This document shows, piece after piece, positions 13,463 through 26,778 of a stretch of DNA of 64,000 nt. Where the stretch lies: positions 3,472,001 through 3,536,000 of the forward strand of contig OZ218958.1 in assembly GCA_965112735.1 (NCBI GenBank), read 5' to 3'. The notes below the pieces were generated by a model that did no database searches, was not told the DNA's origin, and worked only from the letters and a program-made list of their open reading frames with translations. Source of the DNA: Phaeosaccion multiseriatum. Taxonomy: Eukaryota > Protista > Ochrophyta, other classes. Within the stretch, counting starts at the first letter, position 1. Each line of letters begins with the position of its first letter. Made by a program: the position numbers and the translations under genes.

Positions 13463-14377
13463 CTACGAGGAGAAGGCGGCGGGGGCTTGGCGCATTAACC
13501 GAGTGGCTGAGTCGGCGACCCCCCCCCCCACGGCCCTGGTGACTTGGCCCTGGCTATTGTACATGACGAGCGTATCCGCTACCATCTTCGTAGTGACCAC
13601 GAGGGAACACAGGGCTTGCCGGATCTGCCTCCGCGTGCTCTCCTCCTCGCTCCGAGTGCTCTTGCCGGTGCGTCTGGCGAGGCGGTTGCTGAAGTAGGCG
13701 CGTTGCTGCCGTCCCACAATGTCCATGGCAGGGGCAGACGAGGCGGGCAGGGAAAAGGGCTGCGAATTGTGCGGCTGGGGGGGCTGCAAGGACCGACTCT
13801 TGGAGCGTGGCCGGGCCTGAACAACGAGTGGAAACAACGAGTGCCGAGTGGTGCAGGAGGAGCGCAGGAAACGGGGCAGGGAAAGGGAGGGAGGGGGGGA
13901 GGTGGGAAGAGGGGGGGAGGGGGTCAGCAGGGGTGGTGGGCAGCGCGGGAACGTGAGAGGGTCAATGAGCGGATTGGATTTCCCCCCCCCTCTCTGGATC
14001 TTATCTTACACATACGGCCCCGTCGCCGGGGGGGGGGGGATATGACTTGTTGTAACTCGCGCATGCCGCCTGTCTGCCAGGAGTAGGCGGGTCTCTGCCC
14101 CCACACACAATGTTCTGTCCCCGTCTCCCAACCAGCCCCTCCACATGTTTTCATATGGCTCTCTTACCGTCTTGGTGGGCCTTTCCACCTGAGGAGCTTC
14201 TCGTTGCGAGCTGGCTGTGCCAGACCGCTGCACAGGTTCTCTGCCTCCTCTCCCACTCGACCTCAGCATGCCCCCCGCATTGATGAGGGTGGGGATAAGG
14301 TAAAAGGCTTGTATTTGACCCAAGCATAATAGAGCGAGAGCCCCGCAGGAGCATGTCAATATGGAACCAAACCTCAT
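13463..14377 (-). CDS. Small hypothetical protein with signal peptide + 'AF' motif (putative plastid-targeted), 2 exons
   Basis: MRFGSILTCSCGALALLCLGQIQAFYLIP...PTKT|gtaag joins in phase 0 to ttcag|ARPRSKS...APAAFSS*. No family recognised. Confidence 0.55.
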
Positions 14378-14997
14378 TCTTGAGACCGCCTCTCTGCACA
14401 AAATACGTTCACCCCTTGTGCCCCTCGTGTGCCTCGTGCGATCAGCAAGCGCGTCCAGAGGATTTAAACACAGAGAACCTTCCCAGCAGGGGTCGCCCTC
14501 TCACTCAATGCTTTTAAAGATTGAAGTGCGAAGAAAAACAAAGCAAGAGCCTCAGCTGCTACGGCTTCCCTTGTCTTGTCTTCTCTCCGATGAAGCTGTG
14601 TCTCTCTTCTCTAGGGATGGGCTGTTGTGTTCTGTGTGTCTCTTGCTCCTCTTAATGTTCAGCTTCAAGCGCTTTTTGGTGACCAGGTTCCCCCCCCCCC
14701 CTGGGCAAAACGTAGGATTCCAAATCATTTTGCTGACATACTTTTCTCCCTGGAAAAATCCATAACTTGCTCTTTGTGCTTTGTGTGTGTGTGTGCGATA
14801 CGAAGCCGGAGGAGAGAAGAGGAGAAGCAGGACAAGGCCCTTGCACGCAGTGAGTTTCACTTGACAGGGGGGAGGAGGTCTTGAGCACCTCCTGCCTGGA
14901 AAACGGGGCTCTTATTCGTCGGGAAGTTGCGTCCAAGAAACCACCTGCCCGAACGGAGGAGGGAGAGTAAAGGCAGGAGTGGCCAGGCTCCCCGAAG

Positions 14998-17436
14998 ATG
15001 AAGGACCGGTTGGGGGAGCTTCAGGGGGCTTCCCAGCCCGTGGCCATCGCGGTCAGGGACGTCGGGAATGGGGTGGGCGGCTCGGCGGCGGTGGGGGACG
15101 GGGAGGGAGGGGAGCAGCAGACAGAGCCCACGGACTACGACAAGGGCCGGAACTTCATGAAGGACTTCTTCAGAGATGTCAATAGCGTCAAGGCGGACAT
15201 CGACGAGATCAGACAGGTGGGTGCATGTGCTGCTCTGTCCTCCTCGTTGTGCTAAGCTCCGTGGGCCCTTTCGAGCCTGCCAGGATTTGGTATAGGAGGT
15301 GCAAAGCATGGAAACTCACTACCTCTGATCGAGCCTAAATTGTACCCCGTGTGGGGAAGAAGGGGGGAGCGTGAATTATTGTAGAGTGGAGGGGACCACC
15401 GCAGCTTCTAAATCTTTCTTTGTATAACGGGAGAGTGATAAAGCTATAAGAGCGGTATCGGGCTCCTGCTTACAGACTCGTGTGTGAACAATACTAAGCT
15501 AAGGCCGTAAGCTATTTGCACCCCGGGAGGGGAGTAGGGGCGGTAGGAGAGGAGGGGAGGAGGGGCGTAGTGGTGGTAGGAGAGGTTCGGTTCAGCGGCC
15601 GAGGGGTGGTGTAAGGTGTGGAGGAGAGGGTAGGGTGTGGAGGGTGTGGGGGCTGGTCCATCAAGTATTGGACAAACAGAACATGGGGCGAGCAAAGGGG
15701 GCAGGCTCTTTGTGTTTCATTGATTGTCTCAGACCGTTTTTTAAATCACCGCAGCTCATTTCATTCCCCTCCCATCAGCTCCAGCTTCACAGCTCCCTCT
15801 CTCCTTCCTGCCTACGCAGCGATGCGAATGGCTCTCGCGAATGGCGCTACAGTGCCCCCTCGCCCTGCTCGGACGACCGAATGAATGGGAGGACTAATGA
15901 AGAGCGTGTCCCCTCCTCCTGCTCCTCCTCCTCCTGCTCCTCCTCCTCCTCCTCCTTCTTCTTCTTCTCCTCCTCCTCCTCCTCCTCCTGCTCCTCCTCC
16001 TCCTCCTCCTCCTCCTCCTCCTCCTCCTCCTCCTCCTCCTTCTCCTTCTCCTCTCCATGTCACGAACCTCATGACCTGCAGGCTTGCAACCGCATGGACC
16101 CGCTAACCAACGCATACAACCTTGCCGAGAACAACGCCAAGGAGGGCGTGTTCAAGGACGAGATGACGGCGCTCATCGCCTCCACCAACAAATGTGTTAT
16201 GCGGTCCAAGGGCGTCCTCAAGGGGATGCTCGAGGAAACGGCGGCGGAGGAGAAGCGCATCGCAGCGGAGCGGGCGGGCAAGGACGGCAAGCGGAAAGCG
16301 GAGATACGGGTACGAGAAGAGCGCAGCAAGGAGGGAGATGGGGACAGAGAGAGAGAGGGAGAGAGAGAGGGAGGGGGGAGAGGGGGGGCACTAGGACTGG
16401 ACATGTGAGCAGCCGCTTTGGGGGCTTGGTTTGTCAACAGCGATGCCCACCGAGGCACAGCCTCTCGCCTCCTCCCCTCGTGTCTGTTGCCCCCCCCAGC
16501 GCCCCTCGCCCCTCCCTCCCTCCCTCCCTCCCCCATCCCGCACCCATGCCGTCTGTGACGTGGATCCTGTCCCCTCCCCGCTTCCCTTTCTGCCTCCCTT
16601 CATTTGCTCGGCATGAACATGAACATGAACAGGTGCGCGCCAACTTGCAGACCACGCTCCAAAAGAAGTTCCTGAGCACTTCCAAGGACTACGAGAACGC
16701 CCAGAACAAGTACAAGACCACCGTGAAGCGCAAGGCCAAACGACTCGTCAACGCAGTCCGGCCGTCGGGGCAGGCCGCCGCCAGCGACGAGGAGCTTGAG
16801 GCCGTGTTCGATCAGGAGGGGGGGTTGGAGAGGGTGCTGCAGGCCGCTGTGTTGCAGAAGGGGGACCCAGTGGAGGTGAGAGAGCAGCCGCAGTGAGCAG
16901 CCGCAGTGACCGCTTCTCCCTTTCTTTCTCCCTGGCGGTCTTTTTTTTCTTTCCGTAGCTCCATCTCTCTCTTTCTCTTTCTCTCTCGTTTGTGCCCCTG
17001 CCTGTCCTTGTCCAGCTGCTGTCCCTCCTCCCCTCACCATGTACTGCCGCTGCTGTACCACCTCCTGCTGCATCACCAACTGCTGTACCTGTACCTGTGC
17101 CCGTACCTGTACCACCAACTGCTGGATTCGCAGGTGGCCAACGTGCTGGAGGAGGTGAAGGGAGTGTACCAAGAAGTCCAGCGGCTCGAGTCGTCCATCA
17201 TGGAGCTTCACCAGATGTTCTGCGATGTGGCCTTGCTCGTGGCCAAACAGAGCGAGATGCTCGACCAAATAGAGAACAACGTGAGCCAGGCGGAGGAGCA
17301 CATCATCAGCGCCAACAAGAACATCGACAACGCTATCACCAGCGCCAAGACCATTCGCAAGCGCCAGTGCTGCCTGATTGGGGTGGTGCTCGTTATCCTC
17401 GCCATCATCGTTTTGGCCATGTTCATCTTCGCTTAA
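14998..17436 (+). CDS. Syntaxin (Qa-SNARE, plasma-membrane type), 4 exons
   Basis: MKDRLGEL N-peptide, FMKDFFRDVNSVKADI, SNARE motif EVQRLESSIMELHQMFCDVALLVAKQSEMLDQIENNV, C-terminal TM LIGVVLVILAIIVLAMFIFA. Confidence 0.93.
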
Positions 17437-17509
17437 CTCACGTTAACGTTACTTCAGTCCATAATACATTCATTTCATAGCGTTGTGGCCCTGCCGGCTA
17501 AGGTTCGAC

Positions 17510-17680
17510 CCCTGACACGCTATCCGCTATCCGCTATCGCCGGCGCCAGTCGGCACGCTATCCGCTATCGCCCAGCCGGCTTTGGGGGGGGGGGGGGGAA
17601 AGCGTGCTATCCGCTGTCGCCGGCGCCAGCCGATCCGCTATCCGCTATCGGGGGCGGGGGGGGGCGATAGCGCGTCAGGG
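17510..17680. mobile_element. Putative MITE-like element with 15-bp terminal inverted repeats
   Basis: CCCTGACACGCTATC (17510-17524) versus GATAGCGCGTCAGGG (17666-17680), 1 mismatch. Internal CGCTATC subrepeats. A related left end occurs at ~43080. Confidence 0.5.
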
Positions 17681-17995
17681 ATACATGTAAGGTCAAGAAA
17701 GAAATTGAAATTTGAAATTTGGGTTCAGTTTCAGTTTGAGCTTCAAATCATTTTGCCCGCGAAGTGCCATTCCCTCACTCCTGTACACGGTACACCTTCA
17801 TCCCGCACACTCTCCCCTCTCCCGCACACAACTCTCCTCAACCCCCCTCCCTTAAACTTCCTCTCTCCCTCATCCTCCACTTCTAAGGCAAGCCCACTGT
17901 AGCGCGCTGTGCTCGCCGCTCTACGGTCTCCACTCAGGGAGAGCGGAAAAGGGGGGGAAGTTGCGGCAAGCAAGACTGTGCTCCTCGCGGGGGAG

Positions 17996-20088
17996 ATGGT
18001 TCGGCAAAGCCCAGAGGTCAGTGCTGACGCGCTCTACTCGGACGGGGCTGCCTGATGTATGTGTTGGATCCAGCCTTCTCTTTGTCTTCGCCTCGGTGCC
18101 GGACAGTCCATGGCAGGCCTTGCTTCGGTTCGAAAAGTAGCAGGCAGGGGTTGCTCTCCGCCCTTCCTCTCCCGGATCGACCCACCCGCTGCACGATTGC
18201 TGCCTTGGTCTACTTGGCTACTTCCACTCTGGTCAAACTCTGGTCTTTCCCCTGAGTATCAAATCCTACTCATATATATTCCCTTTGATTCGTCCCTTCA
18301 TGTTCCCTTTGCCTCATCCGCCCACCAGGCCAAGCGCCTCCTTCAGAGCATCGTCAAGAGGGAGAGCAAACCCCGAATTGAAGCCGCCATCACCGCTCTT
18401 GTCGAGCGAAGGGGTGCTGAGGGAGGAGATGATGGCGCCTTCCAGCAGCGCCAGCAGCAGGCCGAGCTGGGCGCCGCACTAGTTGCCGCAGCGGCGGAAG
18501 GTTCAGGTTTCGCGGTGAGAAGGCTGGCCGAGGAAGGCGCGCCGCTGGACTTCATTGATGACCAGGGAAAGACGGCGTTAGTGTCTGCGTCGGCCAACGG
18601 GCACATCTTGGTGCTGCAGCAGCTGGTCAACAAGGCCGGGGTGGATGTAGACCACTCCGATGAATTGGGAGGAACCTCTCTGTTGCTGGCGTCCCAGAAC
18701 TGCCAGGTCTCGGTTGTGAGAAAGCTTCTCGCCGTGGGGGCTTGCGTGCAGAAGCCCAATAAGGAGGGCGTTGCCCCTCTCCACGTAGCTTCGATGGGCG
18801 GCCCTGGCTGCTTCGCCGTGGTGAGGGAGCTGCTGGAGGCGGGCAGTCCCGTAGACATTCTCAATGACCAGGTAAAAGGTAAAAGGGTGTGCTTGAGGGA
18901 AAAGGTTATACTTCCGAAGCGAAAGTCCGAAGATCAGAAGCCCATGTCCTGAAGCACCTCCCCTCTGTGGCTATCCTTCCACACACACACATTTGGTCAG
19001 TCCCGGTTCTGATTGTTCAGAACCGCTTGGACTATCTTGTCGACTTTGTTTCCACCCCCCCCATCTCCCTCCCCGTATCCTTGACTGTCCATGCTGTGCG
19101 GCACACCCCTCTCCTCACTGCCCCTGCCCCACCACCTGCCCCACCCCCCCCTCCGACGCCATCCGACGCCATGCTCCCCTCCCACTCCCACTCACACTCA
19201 CACCTTTCTCAACAGGGCCAGACACCCCTCCACTACGCAGCTCAGGAGGGGGCCACTCAGCAAGTGCTTCAGCTCTTGAGTAAAGGTGCAGACATAAACC
19301 TCGCCACCCACTCTGGCAATACCGCAATGATCTTCGCCTCCAAGTGCGGTAGAGTCGAGGTGGTGGACCTCCTGCTCCGCACCGGCCTCAAGGGCAAGAG
19401 GAGCGGCAGCACCAGCCCACGCCAAGGGCAGCGCAGCCGCCGCCGGAGCAGTCCCCTGCCACTGAAGGTGCATGTGGATGCGCAGAACGCCGACGGCATG
19501 ACCGCGCTTATGGAGGCCTCCTGCGGGAACCACCTCCCTGTGGTGAAGCGGCTCCTGCAAGGAGGGGCCGCCATGGAGACGCGAGAAGAGACCGGCCGCA
19601 CGGCCCTGTTCCTGGCAGCGGAGGGGGGGTTCCACACATGCGTGGAGGCGCTGCTCGAAGCCGGAGCGGACGCCGAGTGCTGTATCACCAACCGGAGCTG
19701 CCACCATGCCCTCTTCACGCCGCTTCACGTGGCGGCCGAGAACGGCCATAATAAAGCGGTGGCCATGCTTGTAGCGGGGGGCGCACATGTCGAGGCGAAG
19801 ACCGCAGCAGGCCACACCGCGCTACAGCTCGCCAAGGCAAGAGGGCATTCAAGTGTGGTGAAGCGTCTACTCAGTGCCGGGGCGGAGGACGGAGCGGCGG
19901 CGCTGGAGAGCCTCGGGGGGCAACTCAAGCGAGTGGGGCTGTCTCAGCAAGAGGAGGAGGAGGAGGGGGGGGGGGGGGAGGAGGAAGGGGAGGAGGAAGA
20001 GGAGGAGAAGAAGGAGGAGGGAGGAGGAGGAGGAGGAGGAGGAGGAGGAGGAGGAGGAGGCGCACTCAGGGCCGAGACGGGGGCATGA
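17996..20088 (+). CDS. Ankyrin-repeat protein with acidic C-terminal tail, 3 exons
   Basis: MVRQSPE|AKRLL... followed by repeats GKTALVSASANGH, GVAPLHVASMGG, GQTPLHYAAQEG, GMTALMEASCGNH, GRTALFLAAEGG, FTPLHVAAENGH, GHTALQLAKARGH. Confidence 0.9.
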
Positions 20089-21441
20089 AGGAGGAGGAGC
20101 AAGAGGAGGAGGAAGAGGACTTGGAGAAGGCGGAAGTGGAAGTGGAAGTGGAAGTGGTGGTACAGTAGCGGCGACTCGGAGGGAGGAGCGGCAGCACACA
20201 CGCACACACGCACACACGCACACACGCACACACGCATCAGAGCATCAGAGCATCAGCCCTGCTCCTCATGTCTGGCAGCGGCGGCACCAGCGCCAGCAGC
20301 AGCGCCAGCAAGGAGGAGGGCGGGGGCAGCGTGGCGAGCCTTATGCAAGCCTTATGCAAGCCTTATGCAAGCCTTATGCAAGCCTTATTATGCAAGCCTT
20401 ATGCAAGCGGAAAGAGAGGAGGAGGAGGAGGAGGAGGAGGAGGAGGAGGAGGAGGAGGAGGAGGAGGAGGAGGAGGAGGAGTTGGGCGGCGCCCGGCAGC
20501 TACAACAGGCGGTCTGGGCCATTCGCCCCTCTTCGTCTTCGGCCAGCAGCAGAAGGCAAAGGCCTCTCCAAGGGGGGCGGCAGGCCTTTCCAGGGTGGGC
20601 GTCGGTGTGTCCATGTCGGCGCTGCAGAGCATGGCTTCTGAAACGGCTTCTGAAACGGCCGACTCAGACACACAGACCCCACAGCCTCTGTAGACACGGC
20701 CCCTTGTGAGATGGGGAGGGGAGGGGGGAGGCTTTCGACACGGCCCCCCATGCACGAGAGGGGAGGGGCAAGAACGGAGGGGCAGGGGAGAGAGGAGAGA
20801 CTACTCGAGCTGCGGCGCGGCAGAACCGAGTTTGCTTCCTTTCCTTCGTTTGCTTCGTTTGCTTCGTTTGCTTCGTTTGCTTCGTTTGCTTCGTTGGCTT
20901 CGTTTTCATGTGCGCAATTGAGGGCACAAACGCGCGCAGAAGCATGCTTTGTATGGGGGGGGGGGTAAAGGGTAGGGTTTGGGGGATGGCAGTTGATGGT
21001 GGTGGTGGGGATGGCAGCTCATGGTGAGGGTAGAGGGGAAGACTATTGTAAGGTACAGAGAGCGCGAGGAGGGAGGGAGCACAGCAGCGGCACAGCAGCG
21101 GCTTAGACACTCGCGTGTGTGATGAGGGGGGATGGCAGCTGATGGTGGTGGTGGGGGGGGGCTCCTCCTCCGCTGCAAGGGGCCCAACGAGTGAAAACAC
21201 GGAGCAAGGACGGAGCAAGGACGCCGCTTCAATGTATGGTACCAATGTGTATACGAATTATTTAGTAAAAGAACATAAAAAGTTTGTGTAAATGGGGTCC
21301 CTCGTCCCTGAGGCTACACGGGTGCTCTCTGAATAAGCAAAACACCGAGGAGGGCCCGGGCCCAGTCCCTCGACGCCCTAACCTAACCTAACCTAACCAG
21401 ACAGCCCCCTCCACTGCCTCCACTCCACTGGCTCCAGTAGC

Positions 21442-24400
21442 TCAGGGCTGGCTGACATCGAAGAAGCAGAAGAGCGAGCAATGCTCAAACTCTCCGTGCC
21501 TGGTGCCCGTGTTGCTGAAGAGCTTCACTGTGCGGTAGCCAGAGCGCAGCCCGCTCACCGGGATGGTCGCGTACGCAATGAAGTCGTCCTTGTCGACATC
21601 CTGTGTAGAGGGCATCGGCAGAGAGTGTCGAAGGGATACAGAGAGAGAGGGGGAGGAGCTCAGCGCAACACCACCTCTCTCACTTGAGTGGTAAACCAAT
21701 CCCATCCATCCACTGCCATCGGTCCATACCATGGTACACACAAGTGCCGCCCTCCCCCCATCCAGTGCCATCCCCTCACCTTGTCCTTGACGGTGAGGTT
21801 GAGAAGGGCCAAGTCGGGCACCCTGACAGTGAAGGCGAAGCTCTCGTTCCACACGGGGTTGAAGCCGTTGTCGTCGATCACCTTGGTGGTGAAGCCCGCG
21901 GTGCCCTTCTTCACCGTGTCTGCAGGCACCCCCGCCATCTGTGAGCGGCCAGAGAGCAAAGGATAGCACCAACGACAGAGCAGGGTTACAGGATGAGACG
22001 GAGAGTAAGCAGCAAAGCCAGCCACAAAGCCAGCCACAAAGCCAGCCACAAAGCCTGCCCGCCCCCACCCCCCTGCCCATATGCCTGCCCTCCCCTCCGC
22101 TCCCTCCACTCACCGAGAGCACTACGTAAGGGTCAATGATCTCTCCGCGCTGCGCCCCCCCGGGTTTTGGGAGCTGCTGAGCCGAAATGACCTGCAACGC
22201 AGGAGAGGCACATGGACAGGGCAGGCACATGGGCAGGGCATATGGGCAGGCAACGCGCTCAGTGGAAGCACACACACCCTACAAGTACTGAGTGTATCCG
22301 TGGAAGCAAGCAGGTGCAAGCAAGCAAGTAAGTACGTAAGTAAGTACGTAAGTACGCACCTGTATTGAGATGGTCATGGCCGCCGCCTGGGAGTGGGCAC
22401 CGTCAGGACTCCAATTGGCCTTCGCGTCCCTCTGCTGCACGGGCTTGAGGAGGTAACCGCAGCCGCCGTTGTCGCGGAACTTGCCACAGTTCGTGCGCAT
22501 AGAGCTGCCGGGGGTCTGGAGAGCAGGGCAGAGGGAGAGACGGAGACAAGGAGGGGTGCAGAGGGCAGACGGGATGGTATAGAGCAGAGGGCAGGGATTA
22601 CGACACGCTCAACATGCCTCAATCAAACATGATGCGCGGTGGTTGGTCATCCAAGAGAGATTGAGAGAGAGGCCAAGCTTTTGCTATACAATGCCCAACA
22701 GACAGACAAACAGACTCATGGAGGGACCCCCCTCTCTCCCTCCCTTCCGCCCCCTCCCTCCCTCCCTCCCGCCCTCCCTTCCACTGCCATCCCTCCCCAC
22801 CGACCTGATAGTTAAGTGCCACGATCTGCGACCCCGCGTTCCAGCTGGGCTGCGGGTCGTAGTTGGAGCTGTCCACTCTGCTGCCCGCGGGGTAGATGCG
22901 GCTCATCATACGCGTGTTGTACTCCACCCAGGCCTGTGGGCCGCCCGCCTTGGCCAGCAGCTTATTGGTCTTGTTCTCCCCGAAGGAGCTCATTTGGTTG
23001 GCGTGGCATGCCTAAGGGGAGGAGGGGGAGAGGATAAAAGAGAAGGCAAAAGAGAGGACGAAGGAGAGGAAAGGGAGGACAACAGAAGGACAGCGGAAGG
23101 ACAGGGGGGGTATCAGGACAGAGGGGGTATCAGGACAGAGGGGTGAGTGGAGAGTGTCAGGACAGAGGGGGTATCAGGACAGAGGGGTGAGTGGAGAGTG
23201 TCAGGACAGGGGGGGTATCAGGACAGAGGGGTGAGTGGAGAGTGTCAGGACAGAGGGGTGAGTGGAGAGTGTCAGGACAGGGGGGGTATCAGGACAGAGG
23301 GGTGAGTGGAGAGTGTCAGGACAGAGCAGTGAGGCCTATCGGAACAGAGAACACAGGACATGGAAGGGCAACATGAGAGGGACCGTCAGCGAGGGATAGA
23401 GAGACAAGTAGGACCTCCCCTCCTTCCCTCCCATTCCCTTCCCTTCCCTCCCATTCCCTTCTCTCCCATTCCCTTCCCTTTCCCGCCCCCCCCCACCATT
23501 CTTCCCCTCCCTGTCCCTTCCCTTCCCTTCCCTTTCCTCCCCCCCCCTTCTTCCCCTCCCTTCCCTTCCCATCCCTTCCCTTCCCTTCCCAGCCGTGTGC
23601 CTCGGGCCAAGTGGCGTGTGCCTTCGGCGGTCAGCGTCTAGCGTCTAGCGTGAAGCGTGTAAGGTGAAGCGAGTACATTGTAACATGAGCAAGTCCGTAT
23701 CCGTATTGTATTTTGTAAGGTGAAGCGAGTAACATGAGTCCGTAATGTATCCCCTTACGTAACATGAGCAAGTCCGTATTGTATTTTGTATTCCCTTAAG
23801 TACCTTTGCTGTGCTCCAGCCCTTGAACTTGACCCCCCCGAGAAGGGTGAGGCGGCTCAGCTCAGGCGCGGTCTTGTGATGGTGCTGGACACGGAGTGAG
23901 TGAGTCAGTGCACATCGGCCGGAGGAGGGAGGAAGTGGTGGTGGTGGTGGAGGAGGAGGAGGAGGAAGAGGAGGAGGAGTAGGAGGAGGAGGAGGAGGAG
24001 GAGGAGGAGGAGGAGGAGGAGGAGGAGGAGGAGGAGGAGGAGGGGGAGGAGGAGGAGGAGGAGGGGGAGGAGGAGGAGGAGGAGGAGGGGGAGGAGGAGG
24101 AGGAAGAGGAGGTAAGGCACACGAAACAAAACAACAGAGTCGGTACCATTTGTACAGCTCAAACACGCACACAACACAACAGAGTCGGTACCATTTGTAC
24201 AGCTCAAACACGCACACACCAGAGTCGGTACCATTTTGTACAGCTCAAACACGCACACAACACAACAGAGTCGGTACCATTTGTACAGCTCAAACACGCA
24301 CACAACACAACAGAGTCGGTACCATTGGTACAGCTCAAACACGCACACAACACAACCGAGTCGGTACCATTGGTACAGCTCAAACACGCACATAACACAA

Positions 24401-25123
24401 CAGAGTCGGTCGGTAGCGGTGAAAAGCATACGGCCGGGGGAAGGGACGAATAGTGTTGAGGAGAAAGAGACGGAGAGGGCGAAGGGGAGAGAGAGGAGAC
24501 AGAGAGGGCGAAGGGAAGAGAGAGGAGACAGAGAGGGCGAGAGCCACGCACGCAAACACACGCACACGCACGCACGCACCTTCTCCTTCTTCTTCCCTGC
24601 CTTGGCGCCACCCGCGCTGCCGCTGCTCCCGTCTTTCCTGGTGTGCCTAAAGCTGCCCCCCTTGGTCGAGGACCCCCTAGTCAACGCCGCCCCCCCATTC
24701 TCCACCTCTGCCCCTGCTGCCACCGTGCCAGCGACGGCGGTTGTTGTTGCCTCCAGGAGCTCCTCCTCGTCCTCGTCGTCCTCCCCCTCGTCGTCCTCCT
24801 CCTCCTCCATGTTGTTGTCAGGGATGATCTTGCCCTTGATCACAACCTTTTGAGTGTTGAGTGTTGGTTGGGGCAAGGGGAAGGACGGAGGGACGGAGGG
24901 GACGGAGGGAAGGCACAAACGCCAGGCCAGAGACGGAGGGCACCGCACAGCACAGAGAGAGAGAGCGTCAAGAGAAATGACGAGCAAGGGTGCAAGTTGA
25001 AGCAACTCTCAAGACGGACGCAAGGACGCAAGCGCAGGTCCCGACTCGCCGCGATCCACCTCCTCCATCCTCCCCATCCACTGCCATCCCATCCCATACG
25101 CCTCCATCCATCCCATCTCTCTT

Positions 25124-25175
<52 letters not shown>

Positions 25176-26738
25176 CTTTCCCTTGAGCTCCTCCGGCGAA
25201 GGCAGCTTCTCCAACGCGCCGCTCTCTGGCACGTACAGTAAGTCACCAAGGATGTCCGTGAGGTTGGCGGCCATGATCTGCTGCTGCGGGATGCTGCAGT
25301 GGTTCTCCAGCGACAGGATCACAGGGTACTGCGACTTGCTGAAGGAGTAGTCTCTTACGGCTTCGATGACGGCCTTGTAGGGGATCTTGGTGGTGAGGGT
25401 GTGGCCGTGGAAGATGATCGGCTCCCCTCCGTCCCCGTCCCAGCAGTCAAGCTCCACGCAGCGGCACGCGTTGCACAGGTCGTTGATGTACCTGTCATGT
25501 CAGTGTGAGTGTCAGTGTGAGTGTCAGTGTGAGAGTGAGTGAGAGAGTCAGTGTGAGTGTCAGTGGCAGCGGGTGTGTGTGTGGTGGTGGTGGTGATGGT
25601 GGTGATGGTGGAGAAGGAGGAGGAGGAGGAGGAGGAGGAGGAGGAGGAGGAGGAGGAGGAAGAGAGGGGAGAGGTGAGATAAAGGATGATGGAGGTGAGG
25701 GAAGGGCCTTTGCCCACCCTACCTCCTCTGCACGCGCGAGTGCTCCTCACTGACTTACTACCCACCTCTGCACGCTGGACTTGCTCCTGAGCTGGTCCCC
25801 CTCCAGGTAGGTGTTGTGGCTGCTGGCCACGAAGTAGTGCGACAGCGGCTGAGGTACGGCAGTGGTATCGGCAGGGCCATCGGCATCGGCAGGGCCAGGG
25901 GATGGCAGTGGATGGGCAGGGTAGGGCAGAGCAGAGCAGGGCGGAGAGGAGAAGGGGTGGGTGAGTGGCGCCGCACAGGAAGTGCTGCACAGGGAGCGCG
26001 AGGAGTGGTGAGGAGAGGTGAGGAGTGGTGAGGAGTGGTGAGGAGTGGTGAGGAGTGGTGAGGAGAGGTGAGGAGAGGTGAGGAGTGGTGAGGAGAGGTG
26101 AGGAGAGGTGAGGAGAGGTGAGGAGAGGTGAGGAGTGGTGAGGAGTGGTGAGGAGTGGTGAGGAGAGGTGAGGAGAGGTGAGGAGAGGTGAGGAGAGGTG
26201 AGGAGAGGTGAGGAGTGGTGAGGAGAGGTGAGGAGAGGTGAGGAGAGGTGAGGAGAGGTGAGGAGTGGTGAGGAGAGGTGAGGAGAGGTGAGGAGTGGTG
26301 AGGAGAGGTGAGGAGAGGTGTGCATGTGTAACGCTCTCGCTCTCTCGTGCCTCGGCTCTGCATGCCCTCGACACTGCTCAACCCTCACTGACATACTAAT
26401 CAACCTCCATCAACCCCCTCCCCCTAACAGAGAGTCAACCGATCCCTCCTGGCCCCTCCTCACCCTCCTCACCCTCCTCACCCTCCTCACCTGCGTCATA
26501 TCCTGGTACACTTCCTCCTCGCGGCGCGGGTCGAAGGCGTCGTTGCGGGTCGAGTTCATGTAGCTGTGAAGCAACAAGTCAAACAAAAGACGAGCAAGGA
26601 ATATGAAACCGTATGTAACCGTGAATCGAAGGCAAGAGGCTACTCCCACTGCCCTGCTGGAATTCACTCCCTGACTGCTGCTGGGGCCCACTGCCTTTCA
26701 TTCAGCCGTGCACAATGCACACACACTGCAAACACAAT

Positions 26739-26778
<40 letters not shown>

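Noticed and set aside
24131-24410. Possible CRISPR-like array; shares a CGGTACC core with the 3.1-kb repeat
   Set aside because: It is a pure tandem minisatellite, and a 7-bp shared core is too short to imply relationship.
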